The notes under the pieces are model-generated. The model saw only the letters and a program-made list of their open reading frames with translations. It searched no databases and was not told the DNA's origin. From Macrostomum lignano (Eukaryota), in assembly GCA_002269645.1 (NCBI GenBank), contig NIVC01000280.1, positions 248,001 to 312,000 on the forward strand: a DNA stretch of 64,000 nt, in the 5' to 3' direction. Shown one piece after another: positions 48,901-61,526 of the stretch. Numbering within the stretch: the first letter of the stretch is position 1; each line of letters begins with the position of its first letter. Both the position numbers and the translations under genes were made by a program.

Positions 48901-51900
48901 TAGATGAGCAGATTGGCAGATAGATGAGCAGATTGGCAGATAGATGAGCAGATTGGCAGATAGATGAGCAGATTGGCAGATAGAGGAGCAGATTGGCAGA
49001 TAGATGAGCAGATTGGCAGATAGATGAGCAAATTGCCAGATAGATGAGCAAATTGCCAGATAGATAAATAGAATGGCAAATAGATTAGCAGATTGGCAGA
49101 TAGATGAGCAGATTGGCAGATAGATGAGCGACTTGGCAGATAGATAAGCAGAATGGTAGATACATGAGCTAATTGGCAGATAGATTAGTAGAATGGCAGC
49201 TAGATTAGCAGATCGGCGGATAAATGAGCAGCTTGGCAGATAGATGAGTGACTTGGCAGATAGATAAGTGACTTGGCAGATAGATGAGTGACTTGGCAGA
49301 TAGATGAGCAGAATGGCAGATAGATGAGCAGATTAGCAGATAGATGAGCAGAATGGCAGATACATGAGCGAATTGACAGATAGATGAGCAGAATGGCAGA
49401 TACATGAGCGAATTGGCAGATAGATGAGCAGAATAGAAGATACATGAGCGAATTGGCAGATAGATGAGCAGAATGGCAGATACATGAGCGAATTGGCAGA
49501 TAGATGAGCAGAATGGCAGATACATGAGCGAATTGGCAGATAGATGAGCAGATTAGCAGATAGATGAGCAGAATGGCAGATACATGAGCGAATTGGCAGA
49601 TAGATGAGCAGAATGGCAGATACATGAGCGAATTGGCAGATAGATGAGCAGGCTATAAATGTCACACCTGCGCCGCATGCGGAATAATAATCGGCGCCTC
49701 CAGATCGGCGCCCACAACGGCACCTCGGCTTCCCAGTGAGAAGACGGTGGCTTTGTTGCGCAGAGTCTGCCTGGAGCTGAACAGGCTGCGCCGTGTCGGC
49801 TCCTCCATGCCCATGACGTCATCTCGGTCGGCCAGGATGTTGAACTGCAGCTTCATGAGACGGCTCTGGTACTCCTTGAAGTAGGAGTAGTACATCTTGC
49901 TGGTGGTGTCTAGGTATTCGTCGCTGACCTCCTTCGCCACGTGGCGCTCGTTGTTGATGAGAAATTCGTTGAAGAATCTGTCAGAGAATTTGGATTCAGT
50001 AGTTTGATAGACATTTTTGTGAAATCCGCTCGAAATATGCGGGATATTATATGTACTGATAGTTTGATCGGTTGATCAGCAAATTGATAGAATGACCTGC
50101 AGTTTGATAAATTGATCAGCCAGATAGATCTATCAGCAGATAGATGAGAATAGTGGCAGATAGATGAGCATAGTGGCAGATAGATGAGCATAGTGGCAGA
50201 TAGATGAGCACAGTGGCAGATACATGAGCATAGTGGCATATAGATGAGCATAGTGGCAGATAGATAAGAATAGTGGCAGATAGATGAGCACAGAGGCAGA
50301 TAGATAAGCATAGTGGTAGATAGATGAGCATAATGGCAGACAGATTAGCATAGTGGCAGACAGATGAGCATAGTGGCAGACAGATGAGCATAGTGGCAGA
50401 TAGATAAGAATAGTGGCAGATAGATAAGCACAGAGGCAGATAGATAAGCATAGTGGTAGATAGATGAGCATAATGGCAGACAGATTAGCATAGTGGCAGA
50501 CAGATGAGCATAGTGGCAGATAAATAAGCACAGTGGCAGATAGATGAGCACAGTAGCAGCTATAGATGGGCACAGTGGCAGATAGATGAATAGTACTGGC
50601 TCACCTGTACTTGAGCATGGTGTTCTGAGCATTCTGATAATTAGTCATTGGCTTTCTAAAGCTGTAAATTTTCTGCATTAGAAAGTCGCGAATCTTGGAG
50701 ATGGCCTTCAGCTTGAGCTTCTCCAGGATGTCGCGGACATCGGCGCAGGAGCGGGCCTCCTTGTAAGATTGCTCCTTGACGAAGTTGATCTTGTGATTGA
50801 GCTCGTGCAGCTGCTCAAGGAACTGACGCTCCGTGACTGGCGTATCCAGGATGTGGCTGATCATCTGCTCCGGCACCACCATCTCGTCGACAAACTGGCT
50901 GAGTTCGCCGCGGACAGCTTGGCGATTTTTCAGCTTGACATTCATGCGAACGGATTCCTGCTGCAGCTGCTGGATCTCCTGGCTCATGTTGCCCAGGTCC
51001 GACTGGAACTCGCACAGCATCGCCTCCATGCGCTGCGGGCGGTGCAAGAGTTGGGCAGCTCAGCTGGTTGCTCACTTCAGTGACACATCTGGTTGCTCAC
51101 TTCAGTGACACATCTGGTTGCTCACTTCAGTGACACATCTGGTTGCTCACTTCAGTGACACATCTGGTTGCTCACTTCAGTGACACATCTGGTTGCTCAC
51201 TTCAGTGACACATCTGGTTGCTCACTTCAGTGACACATCTGGTTGCTCACTTCAGCGACACATCTGGTTGCTCACTTCAGTGACACATCTGGTTGCTCAC
51301 TTCAGTGACACATCTGGTTGCTCACTTCAGTGACACATCTGGTTGCTCACTACAGCGACACATCTGGTTGTTCACTTCAGTGTTCAGTGACTGACAATTT
51401 GTTTAAATCGAAGGCTTTACTAAAAGTCACTGCCTACAAGGCTACTATAAGGTTAAACAGCATCGGTGCTACTAACAGTAGGTCATGCGAATATTAGATA
51501 AATCCCATATGAACCAAAGAAAAGCGAGAACTAGGCATGATAAGACCTGATTACTACTTTGAGACATCTCTCATACAAATTAGATTTTCTGTCCAGAGGG
51601 CCGAGGGACAGACGGAGGGACACGGGTGACTTTAAGATATGATCACGAACTAATTATAATCCAGCAAAGGAATACATACGGTAAATACTGTATATAGCTG
51701 ACACAATATACAGACACATACTAAGAAAGCTGACTGGCTGTTACCGAGTTCATCATCAGTTCTAGGCGCACAGTACAGACGGGCAATGTACATGAAATAA
51801 AAACTAACTGTGAGCGAGAGGGTCAGACAGGAAAGGGGAAGAGAAGCCGGGAGCATGGATATGGCAAACTGTGAGCGATGCCCACAGGCCGGGGGGGTCC

Positions 51901-53704
51901 GATGGCCAGTTTCGGGGCTTCCTACACGGGCGCAGGGCGAGCATCTGCTGCTCCGAAGCGCTCCCGATTCGCCAGGAAAGCCTGGCAAACGCGGGAGAGA
52001 CGGATGCCGCATGACAGAGGAGCCTGAGAACACTTCTTTGCAGCTGAACTGCAGCTCCGCCTCATTTTGCTTCTAGAAGCAGCAGAAATAAGAAGCCACG
52101 AAAAGCCAGCAACGCAAGCAGGCTTACCTCTAGAACGGAGTCGCAATCCTTGATCTGCCGGTGCAGACGGGCAATGTTAACAGCCTGGCCCAGGTCTGCA
52201 ATGCGAAGGTGCAGCTTAGGGGAATAACTTTCTCTCCTCGTCTTCCTTTTTTCTTCTTTTCCACGGATGCTTGAAGTGGCGGCCAAAAGGTTGCAACAAT
52301 TTTCTACTGTCTTCTTTTCTTACTAATACTGGCCAGCGATCTACCCTGCATGCGCAGAAAATCTATTGCCCCCCAGCCTCTCCCCTAGAAGCAGCAAAAA
52401 GAAGCTTTACACGCGAGGAGGAAAATGCAAAGCTAGCTAGAGAGAGAGGGGGGGGATAACACGAGTGCGAGCACACCTCCAGATTAGCGATACGATATGG
52501 AACAGACTCTATCCAAGCATGCATTTGACGTCAAGACGCCTTATAAAATTCAATAACAAGATGAAATTACTTTGAGTAGGGCTTCTCAAAAATCAGCTAA
52601 AAGAAGAGTGTTGACAACCATAACGCACAGAGAGAGAAAGCAGGAGGCTCTCATGAGGAAGGGCAATTAGTAAAAGACAGCCTTAGAACTCACGAACTTT
52701 TGCAACTGATTGTATATCCTTTTAGTACGGCTCTCAGGGCAGGTAGAATTTTACATAAGGGCCAGGAAGGAAAACAGGCAAATGACAAAAATCGAGCAAA
52801 GGTGTGCCTCAAAGCAACCTGCAGTGTCTGCTTGAGAGATGCATTAATAATTCTTTCAGCTGCTTTTCTACAGGCAATTAAGGCAATCTAATACAGGCAC
52901 TTACAGTCTTGGATGCTGAGAGCCTGAGCTGCATCTAGCTGCGACTCGACCTGGCGGGAATAGTCGCGCAAGTCCACGCCCTGCAATGGGATTCGGGATT
53001 TCAGGCAGTGCTCAGAGTCAGATCTCATGGGATTTTAGGCAGTGCTCAGATTCAGATCCCATCGGATTTTAGGCAGTGCTCAGATTCAGATCCCATTGGA
53101 TTTTAGGCAGTGCTCAGATTCAGATCCCATCGGATTTTAGGCAGTGCTCAGATTCAGATCCCATTGGATTTTAGGCAGTGCTCAGATTCAGATCCCATCG
53201 GATTTTAGGCAGTGCTCAGGGTCAGATCCCATGGAATTTCAGGCAGTGCTCAGATTCAGATCCCATCGGATTTTAGGCAGTGCTCAGGGTCAGATCCCAT
53301 CGGATTTTAGGCAGTGCTCAGGGTCAGATCCCATGGAATTTCAGGCAGTGCTCAGATTCAGATCCCATCGGATTTTAGGCAGTGCTCAGGGTCAGATCCC
53401 ATCGGATTTTAGGCAGTGCTCAGGGTCAGATCCCATGGGATTTCAGGCAGATCTCAGGGTCAGATCCCATAGTATTCCCACAGGATTTCAGGCGCTTTTG
53501 GTCAAATTTACTCACGGACTGAAGAGCCTGTCGAACTTCGTCATCAGCTAGATTTTCTTCAATATGATCTGCAAAATTGAAATTCAGAATGGCCTTGCAT
53601 TTGATTTACACATACTAAAGCATTTGTATATTTACAAGTATATCAAACATTCGATAGCACTGACCAAGAACTCGCTCCGGAAACTGATCAGCGGTCGCCT
53701 CCAT
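45945..53704 (-). CDS. VPS52: GARP/EARP complex subunit VPS52, about 706 aa
   Basis: Nine phase-consistent exons: 53665-53704, 53516-53568, 52905-52980, 52128-52195, 50605-51032, 49668-49977, 47938-48227, 46841-47549, 45945-46091 (2121 nt). Motifs GVDLRDYSRQVE, FQSDLGNMSQEI, FRSLHYALLDNSCREYLF, DTRPHPVLRRYAEF, ELINIHNIMVEVKKLKPTF*. Confidence 0.95.
46245..46600. repeat. 16-bp repeat AAGCTCGAA(A/G)CTTC(A/T)C
   Basis: Direct tandem copies. Confidence 0.9.
47604..47793 (+). mobile_element. tRNA-derived SINE, copy 1 (VPS52 intron)
   Basis: A-box-like TAGCCCGGTGG, B-box-like GACTCGATTC, 3' end ATAAATAAAGTT; colinear with 62459-62646. Confidence 0.7.
48487..49650. repeat. 20-bp repeat GCAGATTGGCAGATAGATGA
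   Basis: Direct tandem copies. Confidence 0.95.
50137..50590. repeat. 20-bp repeat GCATAGTGGCAGATAGATGA
   Basis: Direct tandem copies. Confidence 0.93.
51064..51385. repeat. 25-bp repeat CTGGTTGCTCACTTCAGTGACACAT
   Basis: About 13 near-identical copies. Confidence 0.95.
52995..53480. repeat. About 34-bp repeat GATCCCATCGGATTTTAGGCAGTGCTCAGATTCA
   Basis: Fills the VPS52 intron 52981-53515. Confidence 0.93.
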
Positions 53705-53728
53705 GAGGTCAGTCAAGTCAGCGAGTCA

Positions 53729-53745
53729 CTGGTTAAGGGGTGCAG
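53729..53745 (-). promoter_or_regulatory. 3' splice-site-like element 24 nt upstream of the VPS52 ATG
   Basis: Minus strand GCACCCCTTAACCAG|TGACTCGCTGACTTGACTGACCTC ATG. Confidence 0.45.
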
Positions 53746-53859
53746 CTGAAATGCGCAGCATAATGCAGGTTATTCAACAGCTACAATTATTAAACGTTGC
53801 GCCTTATCCTCTTAGCGACTTATGAAACAACTCTCACTCATGGCTTTTAGTTTCTTAGA

Positions 53860-54305
53860 AATATAACTTAAGCATTATAGTTTCCTAGAAATATCGCTCA
53901 AGCTTCCTAGTTCCTTAGAAACTTCACTCATGCTTTCTTTTTTTCCAAGAAATCTACTTATGCTTCCTAGTTTCCAAGAAATCTACTTATGCTTCCTAGT
54001 TTCCAAGAAATCTACTTATGCTTCCTAGTTTCCAAGAAATCTACTTATGCTTCCTAGTTTCTAAGAAATCTCATTTATGCTTCTCAGTTTCTTAGACACC
54101 TCACTCGTGCTTCTCAGTTTCTAAGAAATCTTACTTATGCTTCCTGATTTCTAAGAAATCTCACTAATGCTTCCTTATGATTTCTAAGAAATCTACTTTT
54201 TTGGTTCCTAGTTTCTAAGAAATCTACTAATGATTTATAGTTTCTTAGAAATCTCGATTCTTAGTTTCTCAGAAATCTTGCTCATAGTTCTCAGTTTCTT
54301 AGAAC
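53860..54305. repeat. Degenerate 29-bp repeat TTCCAAGAAATCTACTTATGCTTCCTAGT
   Basis: Four near-perfect central copies with decayed flanks. Confidence 0.8.
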
Positions 54306-55323
54306 TCTTAAGGTCAGCCAGACCAACCGATCAAACAGAGCAACCAGTTTAACCTTGCTTTAGGAGGGATGCAGAATAAAAAAGTTCGCTTGCTCTTTAA
54401 TTATATATTTTACTCTAACAGTGGTGCAAAACTGGATTATTATTATTTTAAAGTGCTTAAAACCGTGTGACACACAGACAGAACTGCTTGTTGCTAGGAT
54501 ATAAAATAGTCCAAAAGAACGCAGCATAAAGTACGTATATAACTAAACAATATAGCATTAAAAAGCCGACAATTATAATAACAAGCATAGGCTAAAAAGT
54601 TGAATTGCACAATCGCATTTTTAACAAATTGAAAGTAACGAAAAAAACTGAAAAAATAAAACACAAGCGCTTAAAGATAAAGAGAAAAAAACTTGAGAGA
54701 AGGGGGAATAAAAGTGAAATTTGCAACAACAAAAATGAAGCGGTTAAACGCCTATCCAACTTGAAAAACACAGCTGACCGAATCAAGGATGAACTGTCAC
54801 TCACTGTCACTGCCGTTGCTAGAGTCAATTTTATTGCAAGTCAATCCGAAATTTTGCATGAATATTTATACGTTAATTTATGTTAATATCAACCACTCAT
54901 GCCCGAGGTAACAGAGGTAACGAAGATAGAAGCGGGGCTCAATTGAAAATAAAGCATTTAACAACAACACTGAAAGCAAAATTTTGCAACACACTAATTG
55001 ATGAATTGCTGAGACTGAAAACGCAAACTGCTTTATAGCAAATAAAAATGTTGTAAAACCACAGCTTTAAGCAATTTAAAACAGTGCACTACATGACTAG
55101 TTGTGAGTCTGATACCAAGCCAGCTAAATTAGCGGCATAACAGAACAAACTATATCGATTTTTCAAATGAGAAAGCCGAGCTGACTACGAGAGACAGGAT
55201 TAGCGAGTGTAACAGACTACACATTGAATAAGTTTACTTGGTAAAGTTCAATAAACAGTAGTGTGTTTCTTAGTCATCATTTAAACACGCTCAGTTAGTC
55301 GGACACTTGTTTTAAATAAGCCA

Positions 55324-57507
55324 TTAGTTGCCCTCCTTTGGCTGCTCTTCCGGATCTTTTTCTTCTGCAATTTGGCCAGTTTGTAAGAGGGTTTACTGCG
55401 GTTGCTCGATTATTGAAACTCTGTACCACTGCATCTGTTGGGGCTGCGAATACTGGGGAATGTGAATGAATTCCACTCCCCGTGAACTCCTGGGAATGTG
55501 AATGAATTCCACTCCCCGTGAACTCCTGGGAATGTGAATGAATTCCACTCCCCGTGAACTCCTGGGAATGTGAATGAATTCCACTTCCTGTGAACTCCGG
55601 GGAATGTGAATGAATTCCACTCCCCGTGAACTCCTGGGAATGTGAATGAATTCCACTCCCCGTGAACTCCTGGGAATGTGAATGAATTCCACTCCCCGTG
55701 AACTCCTGGGAATGTGAATGAATTCCACTTCCTGTGAACTCCGGGGAATGTGAATGAATTCCACTCCCCGTGAACTCCGGGGAATGTGAATGAATTCCAC
55801 TCCCCGTGAACTCCTGGGAATGTGAATGAATTCCACTCCCCGTGAACTCCTGGGAATGTGAATGAATTCCACTCCCCGTGAACTCCTGGGAATGTGAATG
55901 AATTCCACTCCCCGTGAACTCCGGGGAATGTGAATGAATTCCACTCCCTGTGAACTCCGGGGAATGTGAATGAATTCCACTCCCCGTGAACTCCTGGGAA
56001 TGTGAATGAATTCCACTCCCCGTGAACTCCTGGGAATGTGAATGAATTCCACTCCCCGTGAACTCCGGGGAATGTGAATGAATTCCACTCCCTGTGAACT
56101 CCTGGGAATGTGAATGAATTCCACTTCCCGTGAACTCCTGGGAATGTGAATGAATTCCACTTCCCCGTGAACTCCGGGGAATGTGAATGAATTCCACTCC
56201 CCGTGAACTCCTGGGAATGTGAATGAATTCCACTCCCTGTGAACTCCGGGGAATGTAAATGAATTCCACTCGCCGTGAACTCCAGGGAACGTGAATGAAT
56301 TCCACTCCCTGTGAACTCCGGGGAATGTGAATGAATTCCACTCCCCGTGAACTCCGGGGAATGTGAATGAATTCCACTCCCCGTGAACTCCTGGGAATGT
56401 GAATGAATTCCACTCCCCGTGAACTCCTGGAATGTGAATGAATTCCACTCCCCGTGAACTCCTGGAATGTGAATGAATTCCACTCCCCGTGAACTCCTGG
56501 GAATGTGAATGAATTCCACTCCCCGTGAACTCCACTCCCCCGTGAACTCCAGGGAACGTGAATGAATTCCACTCCCCGTGAACTCCTGGGAACTTGAATG
56601 AATTCCACTCCCCGTGAACTCCTGGGAACGTGAATGAATTCCACTCCCCGTGAACTCCTGGGAATGTGAATGAATTCCACTCCCCGTGAACTCCTGGGAA
56701 CGTGAATGAATTCCACTCCCCGTGAACTCCTGGGAATGTGAATGAATTCCACTCCCCGTGAACTTCTGGGAATGTGAATGAATTCCACTCGCCGTGAACT
56801 CCTGGGAATGTGAATAAATTCCACTCCCCGTGAACTCCGAGGAAACTCACCCTCGCCAGCGGCCTGCATGTCGGAGGTCCACAGTGTGAGGTTGTCCCGC
56901 AGCAGTTGCATAATCAGTGTGCTGTCCTTGTACGACTCCTCGGACAGCGTGTCCAGCTCGGCGATGGCCTCATCAAAAGCGGTCTTGGCGAGTTTGCAGG
57001 CTCTATCAGCCGAGTTGAGAATCTCATAGTAGAACACGGAGAAGTTGAGAGCGAGGCCCAGCCTGATTGGGTGAGTTGGCTTCAGCTGCGTGTTGGCAAT
57101 GTCCGTGGCGGCCTTGTAGGCAGTCAGACTGTTCTCGGCCGCCTCCTTGCGCTCGGCTCCCGTGGCGAACTCGGCCAGGTAGCGCAGGTAATCGCCCTTC
57201 ATCTTGTAGTAGAATACCCGGGACTCGGCCACTGTGGCGTTGGGAATGAGGTGCGTCTCCAGCACGTCCAGGATGTCGTCGCAGATTTTTTTGAGCTCCT
57301 TCTCAACCTGCGAGCGGAAGCTGCGGATTAATTCCAGCTTCTCGCTGCCGGATTTGCTCTCCTCCTTCTGCTCGATGCTGCTCATGATACGCCAGGAGGC
57401 CCGTCTGGCTCCGATGACGTTCTTGTACGCCACGGACAGCAGGTTGCGCTCCTCGACAGTCAGCTCCACGTCCATCATGGCCACCGCCTTCATGGAGTCG
57501 ACCATCT
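55324..57507 (-). CDS. YWHAE: 14-3-3 protein epsilon (first coding exon not found, probably beyond 64000)
   Basis: Main exon 56851-57507 ([26 protein letters not shown]...[26 protein letters not shown], epsilon-type AEFATG and EAAENSL). Probable last exon 55324-55364 ([13 protein letters not shown]), phase-compatible. Confidence 0.93.
55455..56838. repeat. 36-bp repeat GGGAATGTGAATGAATTCCACTCCCCGTGAACTCCT (14-3-3 intron)
   Basis: About 38 copies starting about 12 nt from the donor site. Confidence 0.95.
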
Positions 57508-57746
57508 CTGACAGCGGGGTGAGCGGAGCCGGGGGTTAGCAGCTGAACAACAAACAATAGCGATCCATTCTGGATTAGTCAAACTTGTGTAATTGTGGTG
57601 AATTCCTGTGGATGTTTATTTCCTTTGTTTCTCTTTTCACTGCTGCCCCATGTTTGGCTTGCCTCGCTTGCCTCTTCCCTTCAGAATAGCGCGATTGGCT
57701 GGGCTTTACCTGTCTGCCTAAGCTACTGCCTACCTGACTTTTGTTT

Positions 57747-58311
57747 CTCCCCTTGACACCACTCTTCCATTGCCTACTTGACTAGCATTGGGTTGCATTA
57801 GATACTACTGAGTGTCTATATCTCTATCTCCCCTTGACACCACTCTTCCATTGCCTACTTGACTAGCATTGGGTTGCATTAGATACTACTGAGTGTCTAT
57901 ATCTCTATCTCCCCTTGACACCACTCTTCCATTGCCTACTTGCCTAGCATTGGGTTGCATTAGATACTACTGAGTGTCTATATCTCTATCTCCCCTTGAC
58001 ACCACTCTTCCATTGCCTACTTGACTAGCATTGGGTTGCATTAGATACTACTGAGTGTCTATATCTCTATCTCCCCTTGACACCACTCTTCCATTGCCTA
58101 CTTGACTAGCATTGGGTTGCATTAGATACTACTGAGTGTCTATATCTCTATCTCCCCTTGACACCACTCTTCCGTTGCCTACTTGACTAGCATTGGGTTG
58201 CATTAGATACTACTGAGTGTCTATATCTCTATCTCCCCTTGACACCACTCTTCCGTTGCCTACTTGACTAGCATTGGGTTGCATTAGATACTACTGAGTG
58301 TCTATATCTCT
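57747..58311. repeat. 81-bp tandem repeat, 7 copies
   Basis: Unit starts at 57747, 57828, 57909 and so on; copies near-identical. Confidence 0.95.
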
Positions 58312-59066
58312 AAAATAAAAAAACTGGTTTTTACATCTGCAAAAAGGCATACTAAAAGCAAAATTTTATGCTTGTTAGAATATAGTTAAATAAACCATAA
58401 TGACTATAATGATCATGAATATTAAGTTTTCAATAATGGCTAAAGTTAGCTTAATCAAGAAGTTATAATTCTTCACAAATAATTAACTGAAATTTTCCAA
58501 TATCTAATGACTAAGTACTAATAAAAATATAAAACGTGTAAAACAAGAAAAACTGTAAAATTATTTTATCTTTTTGATTATTATAGCCACAAAAAATATG
58601 TATTTAACTATAAAACATATCTTAAGAAGTATTACAAACCATTTACTTATTATAAATATCAACAATAATCCACACTGTTACCAATAATTAGATATTATAT
58701 TATAATCAGCTAATCTGTCCAGTAAAGATAGCAATTCTTTTATAATATAGATCATGATATACACAAAATTAAGATAGAAACTTGGACAATTTAGGCATAA
58801 TACCTGCTAAGACCTCAAGATTATATGACTATAAGAGTTAAATTAGGATCCCTATCTAATTTATAAACAGGTTTTGGATAAGATCAATTTTTTGGTTTCA
58901 ATAGGATTAGGATCTTAATTTAAAGATAAAGGAAACCTTAGATGTCAAAATAACTAGGGGCCAAATCTTTAAGATATTGGAATATAGTTTCAAGGATAAA
59001 ATGGTTTTTAAAATATTTTTTTAGACACTAATAATAATAATATTTGATTACACTTGCCCTAATGGG

Positions 59067-59376
59067 CAGATGTGCAACCATACATGCGCAACAGTCGGCC
59101 GAGTCGGCCGATCCGGCCGACCGATTTGGCGGCCAATCAAGGAAGTCGCAAAAATGCCCACCCAAAAAATAACCTGAAGAGTAGTACTAAGTAGCTGACG
59201 AGGCATTTTAGCTTAATAAAACAGTCATAGTTACTCCTGCCGTTTACCCAAAGTTGCGTTAATTTTGCTTTCGGGTTTTTTTATATGTAAGTCGCATTTT
59301 TGGCCAAAAACTACGTCGCATTTTTGTTAAAACTAAGTCGCACGGCTGACCGAATTTTGGAGGTTGCACATGTATG
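59067..59376. mobile_element. Possible MITE, about 310 bp
   Basis: GC-richer island in AT-rich DNA with inverted ends ATGTGCAACC (59070-59079) and GGTTGCACAT (59362-59371), internal GTCGCA(T/A) and GGCCGA repeats; no TSD found. Confidence 0.35.
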
Positions 59377-60466
59377 TGTGCAACCAACAACTTAGCCGTA
59401 GCTATTCTGTGGCATATCTATAGGTTGTATAAATTTTTTAGTCCATGGACTAAGGGGGATTACTATACACACCTACAATTACTCTAACTAATGCTAGTAC
59501 CCATTCTATAGCTAGGTTGAACTGAAGCAATATAGACTTAAGTGTCTTGTTCAAGGATACAAATTGTTCTAAATGGTCAAGAACCAAACCCTGACCTTCC
59601 AATTGTGAACCACTAGATTAAAACCTTTTTTAAATAGTACTCTAAATATAACTTTTGCTAACATTTTCAAAGACCTTTTAACACTTTAGGACACTTCAAA
59701 TATTGGTAAAATTAAAAAATAATTACTCTTTCTAAAAATACTATATAACTTTACTAACATAGCTTAACTAATGCTTTTAGTTCATAAAGTGCTTGGAGAA
59801 CACCAAATATGTTTTGTTGAAAAGGATGTGTTACTAATAATGTAGGCAAAATAGTATTGTTTAAAGACTAACCCACTTTCATGCCTATCTGCTTGGCTAG
59901 CAAGATTAGTCTGATTTGATAGCCTTTGCTATTGCATCATTGTTGTGTCAAAGGCTATAGCCCAAAATAAAATGTATTGTTGCAATTTTAGCAAATTGTG
60001 AAATGTGGGAAAGATTTACTAAAGCTAGGATTCTCAAAGCTTAGCAGATTTTGTGAATAATGTGTAATAATGAATAATGTGTATAGGAATAAATGTAATT
60101 AAGCAAACTGTATAGGCAGTCTTCCTTCAACATGCAAGTTATTCTTATAAGACTATAAGCACAAGACTATTTTGTGCTTAGTATAGTGTAGTTAAAATTT
60201 AGCCTATTGAGCTTAGCACTTAGTCCAATAAGTACAAGAAAGAGGTGCAAAAGTTTTACATCATTGACTGCTTTGTGTTGAACTACCAACCAATCCAATT
60301 GGAGTTAAATTTCTCATTGGCTGACAATGAATGAAATGTTGCTGTCTGTGGGGTGCATTCAAATGGAAGACATACATGCATGAGTATATATAACAGTTTA
60401 GGTGAAAAAAAATTATTACATTTTTCTGCAAGAATCTTCTAGAAAGGTATAAGAATTCTAACTTGA

Positions 60467-61526
60467 ATGGCTACTATAAAGAAAGCTAGATCTGCTCTAT
60501 GGCAGTGCTTCACAGTGTTTAAGGATAAGTTTAAAGCAAAGTGTAATAGTTGTAGTGAGGTACTATCAAGAGGCACAAACCCGAAAAAGTTAACAAACAC
60601 AGCAATAAGCAAACATCTTAAAGCCAAGCACCCAGAATTGGCTAAGTGTTTAAGATGGTGCAGCTGCTGCTTGTGCCCAAAAGCGAGCTGCTAAAGAGGC
60701 AGCTTCCTTTTTCCCTGCCAACAAGAGGCAGCGCATGGCAGCAGTATTTTTGCAGCAAACTATCGAAGGCATGATGGAGTGCACAACAATTTGGGACATC
60801 AAAAGCAACAGTGCCATCCAAGTCTTCAACAAGATAGGTAAGAATCAAAGCTTCCTGTTTCTGCTTTTATTGATTCTTTTAATTCCTCTCATCTGAATGA
60901 CCTCATTTAGATATAGCTTATTTAGATAACTTACAAGGCTTCATCACATACAATAATATTTTCTTCCTACCAGGCAAAGCCATTGCCACCAATCATCTGC
61001 CATTCAGTGCTATTGAGTGACCTGGCCTACGCTTGATCCTAGCTTATGCATATCCTCGCCTACTACTGCCGCAAGTATATGGTAGAAGTTGTCATGCTGT
61101 AAGTTTGGCAAGAAGTTCAATCACTTCTTGAGCAGGTGGTTACAGTTGGAGCAACAAGCGACAAGTGGACAAGTAAGAATGCCAATTTGCGCTACTTTCA
61201 CTGACTGTCCACTGGCTGACTGCAGACTTCAGGCAGAAGATGGTGACGATCTGTGTAGCACCAATCACTGGAAAGGTGCAAAGGATGGTGCCTAGTGGTT
61301 TGTCTCTTGGCTGGTGATTATCTGAAGGAAGATTGCTAGCCACTTTTGCCACTCCAAAGATTCTAATAAAAATCAATTTAAATATAAGCAAATTTGTCAA
61401 ATGCTTGTTTTAATATCTGCTGTTGTGATATTTGGTATTCGGTATTTGGTATTCATTATTTGGCAAGTTCGTATCCAAATATTCAGTATTCAGATTTGGT
61501 AAAATCTGATATTTATTCCATCTCTA
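60467..61526 (+). pseudogene. Decayed hAT transposase (BED zinc finger plus start of catalytic core) with one hAT-like end
   Basis: BED finger LWQCF...AKCNSCSEVLSRG...SKHLKAKHP; ATNHLPFSAIE*; GATSDKWTS...LTVHWLTADF broken by stops and frameshifts; TATTC(G/A)G subterminal repeats ending in CATCTCTA at 61519-61526. Confidence 0.75.
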
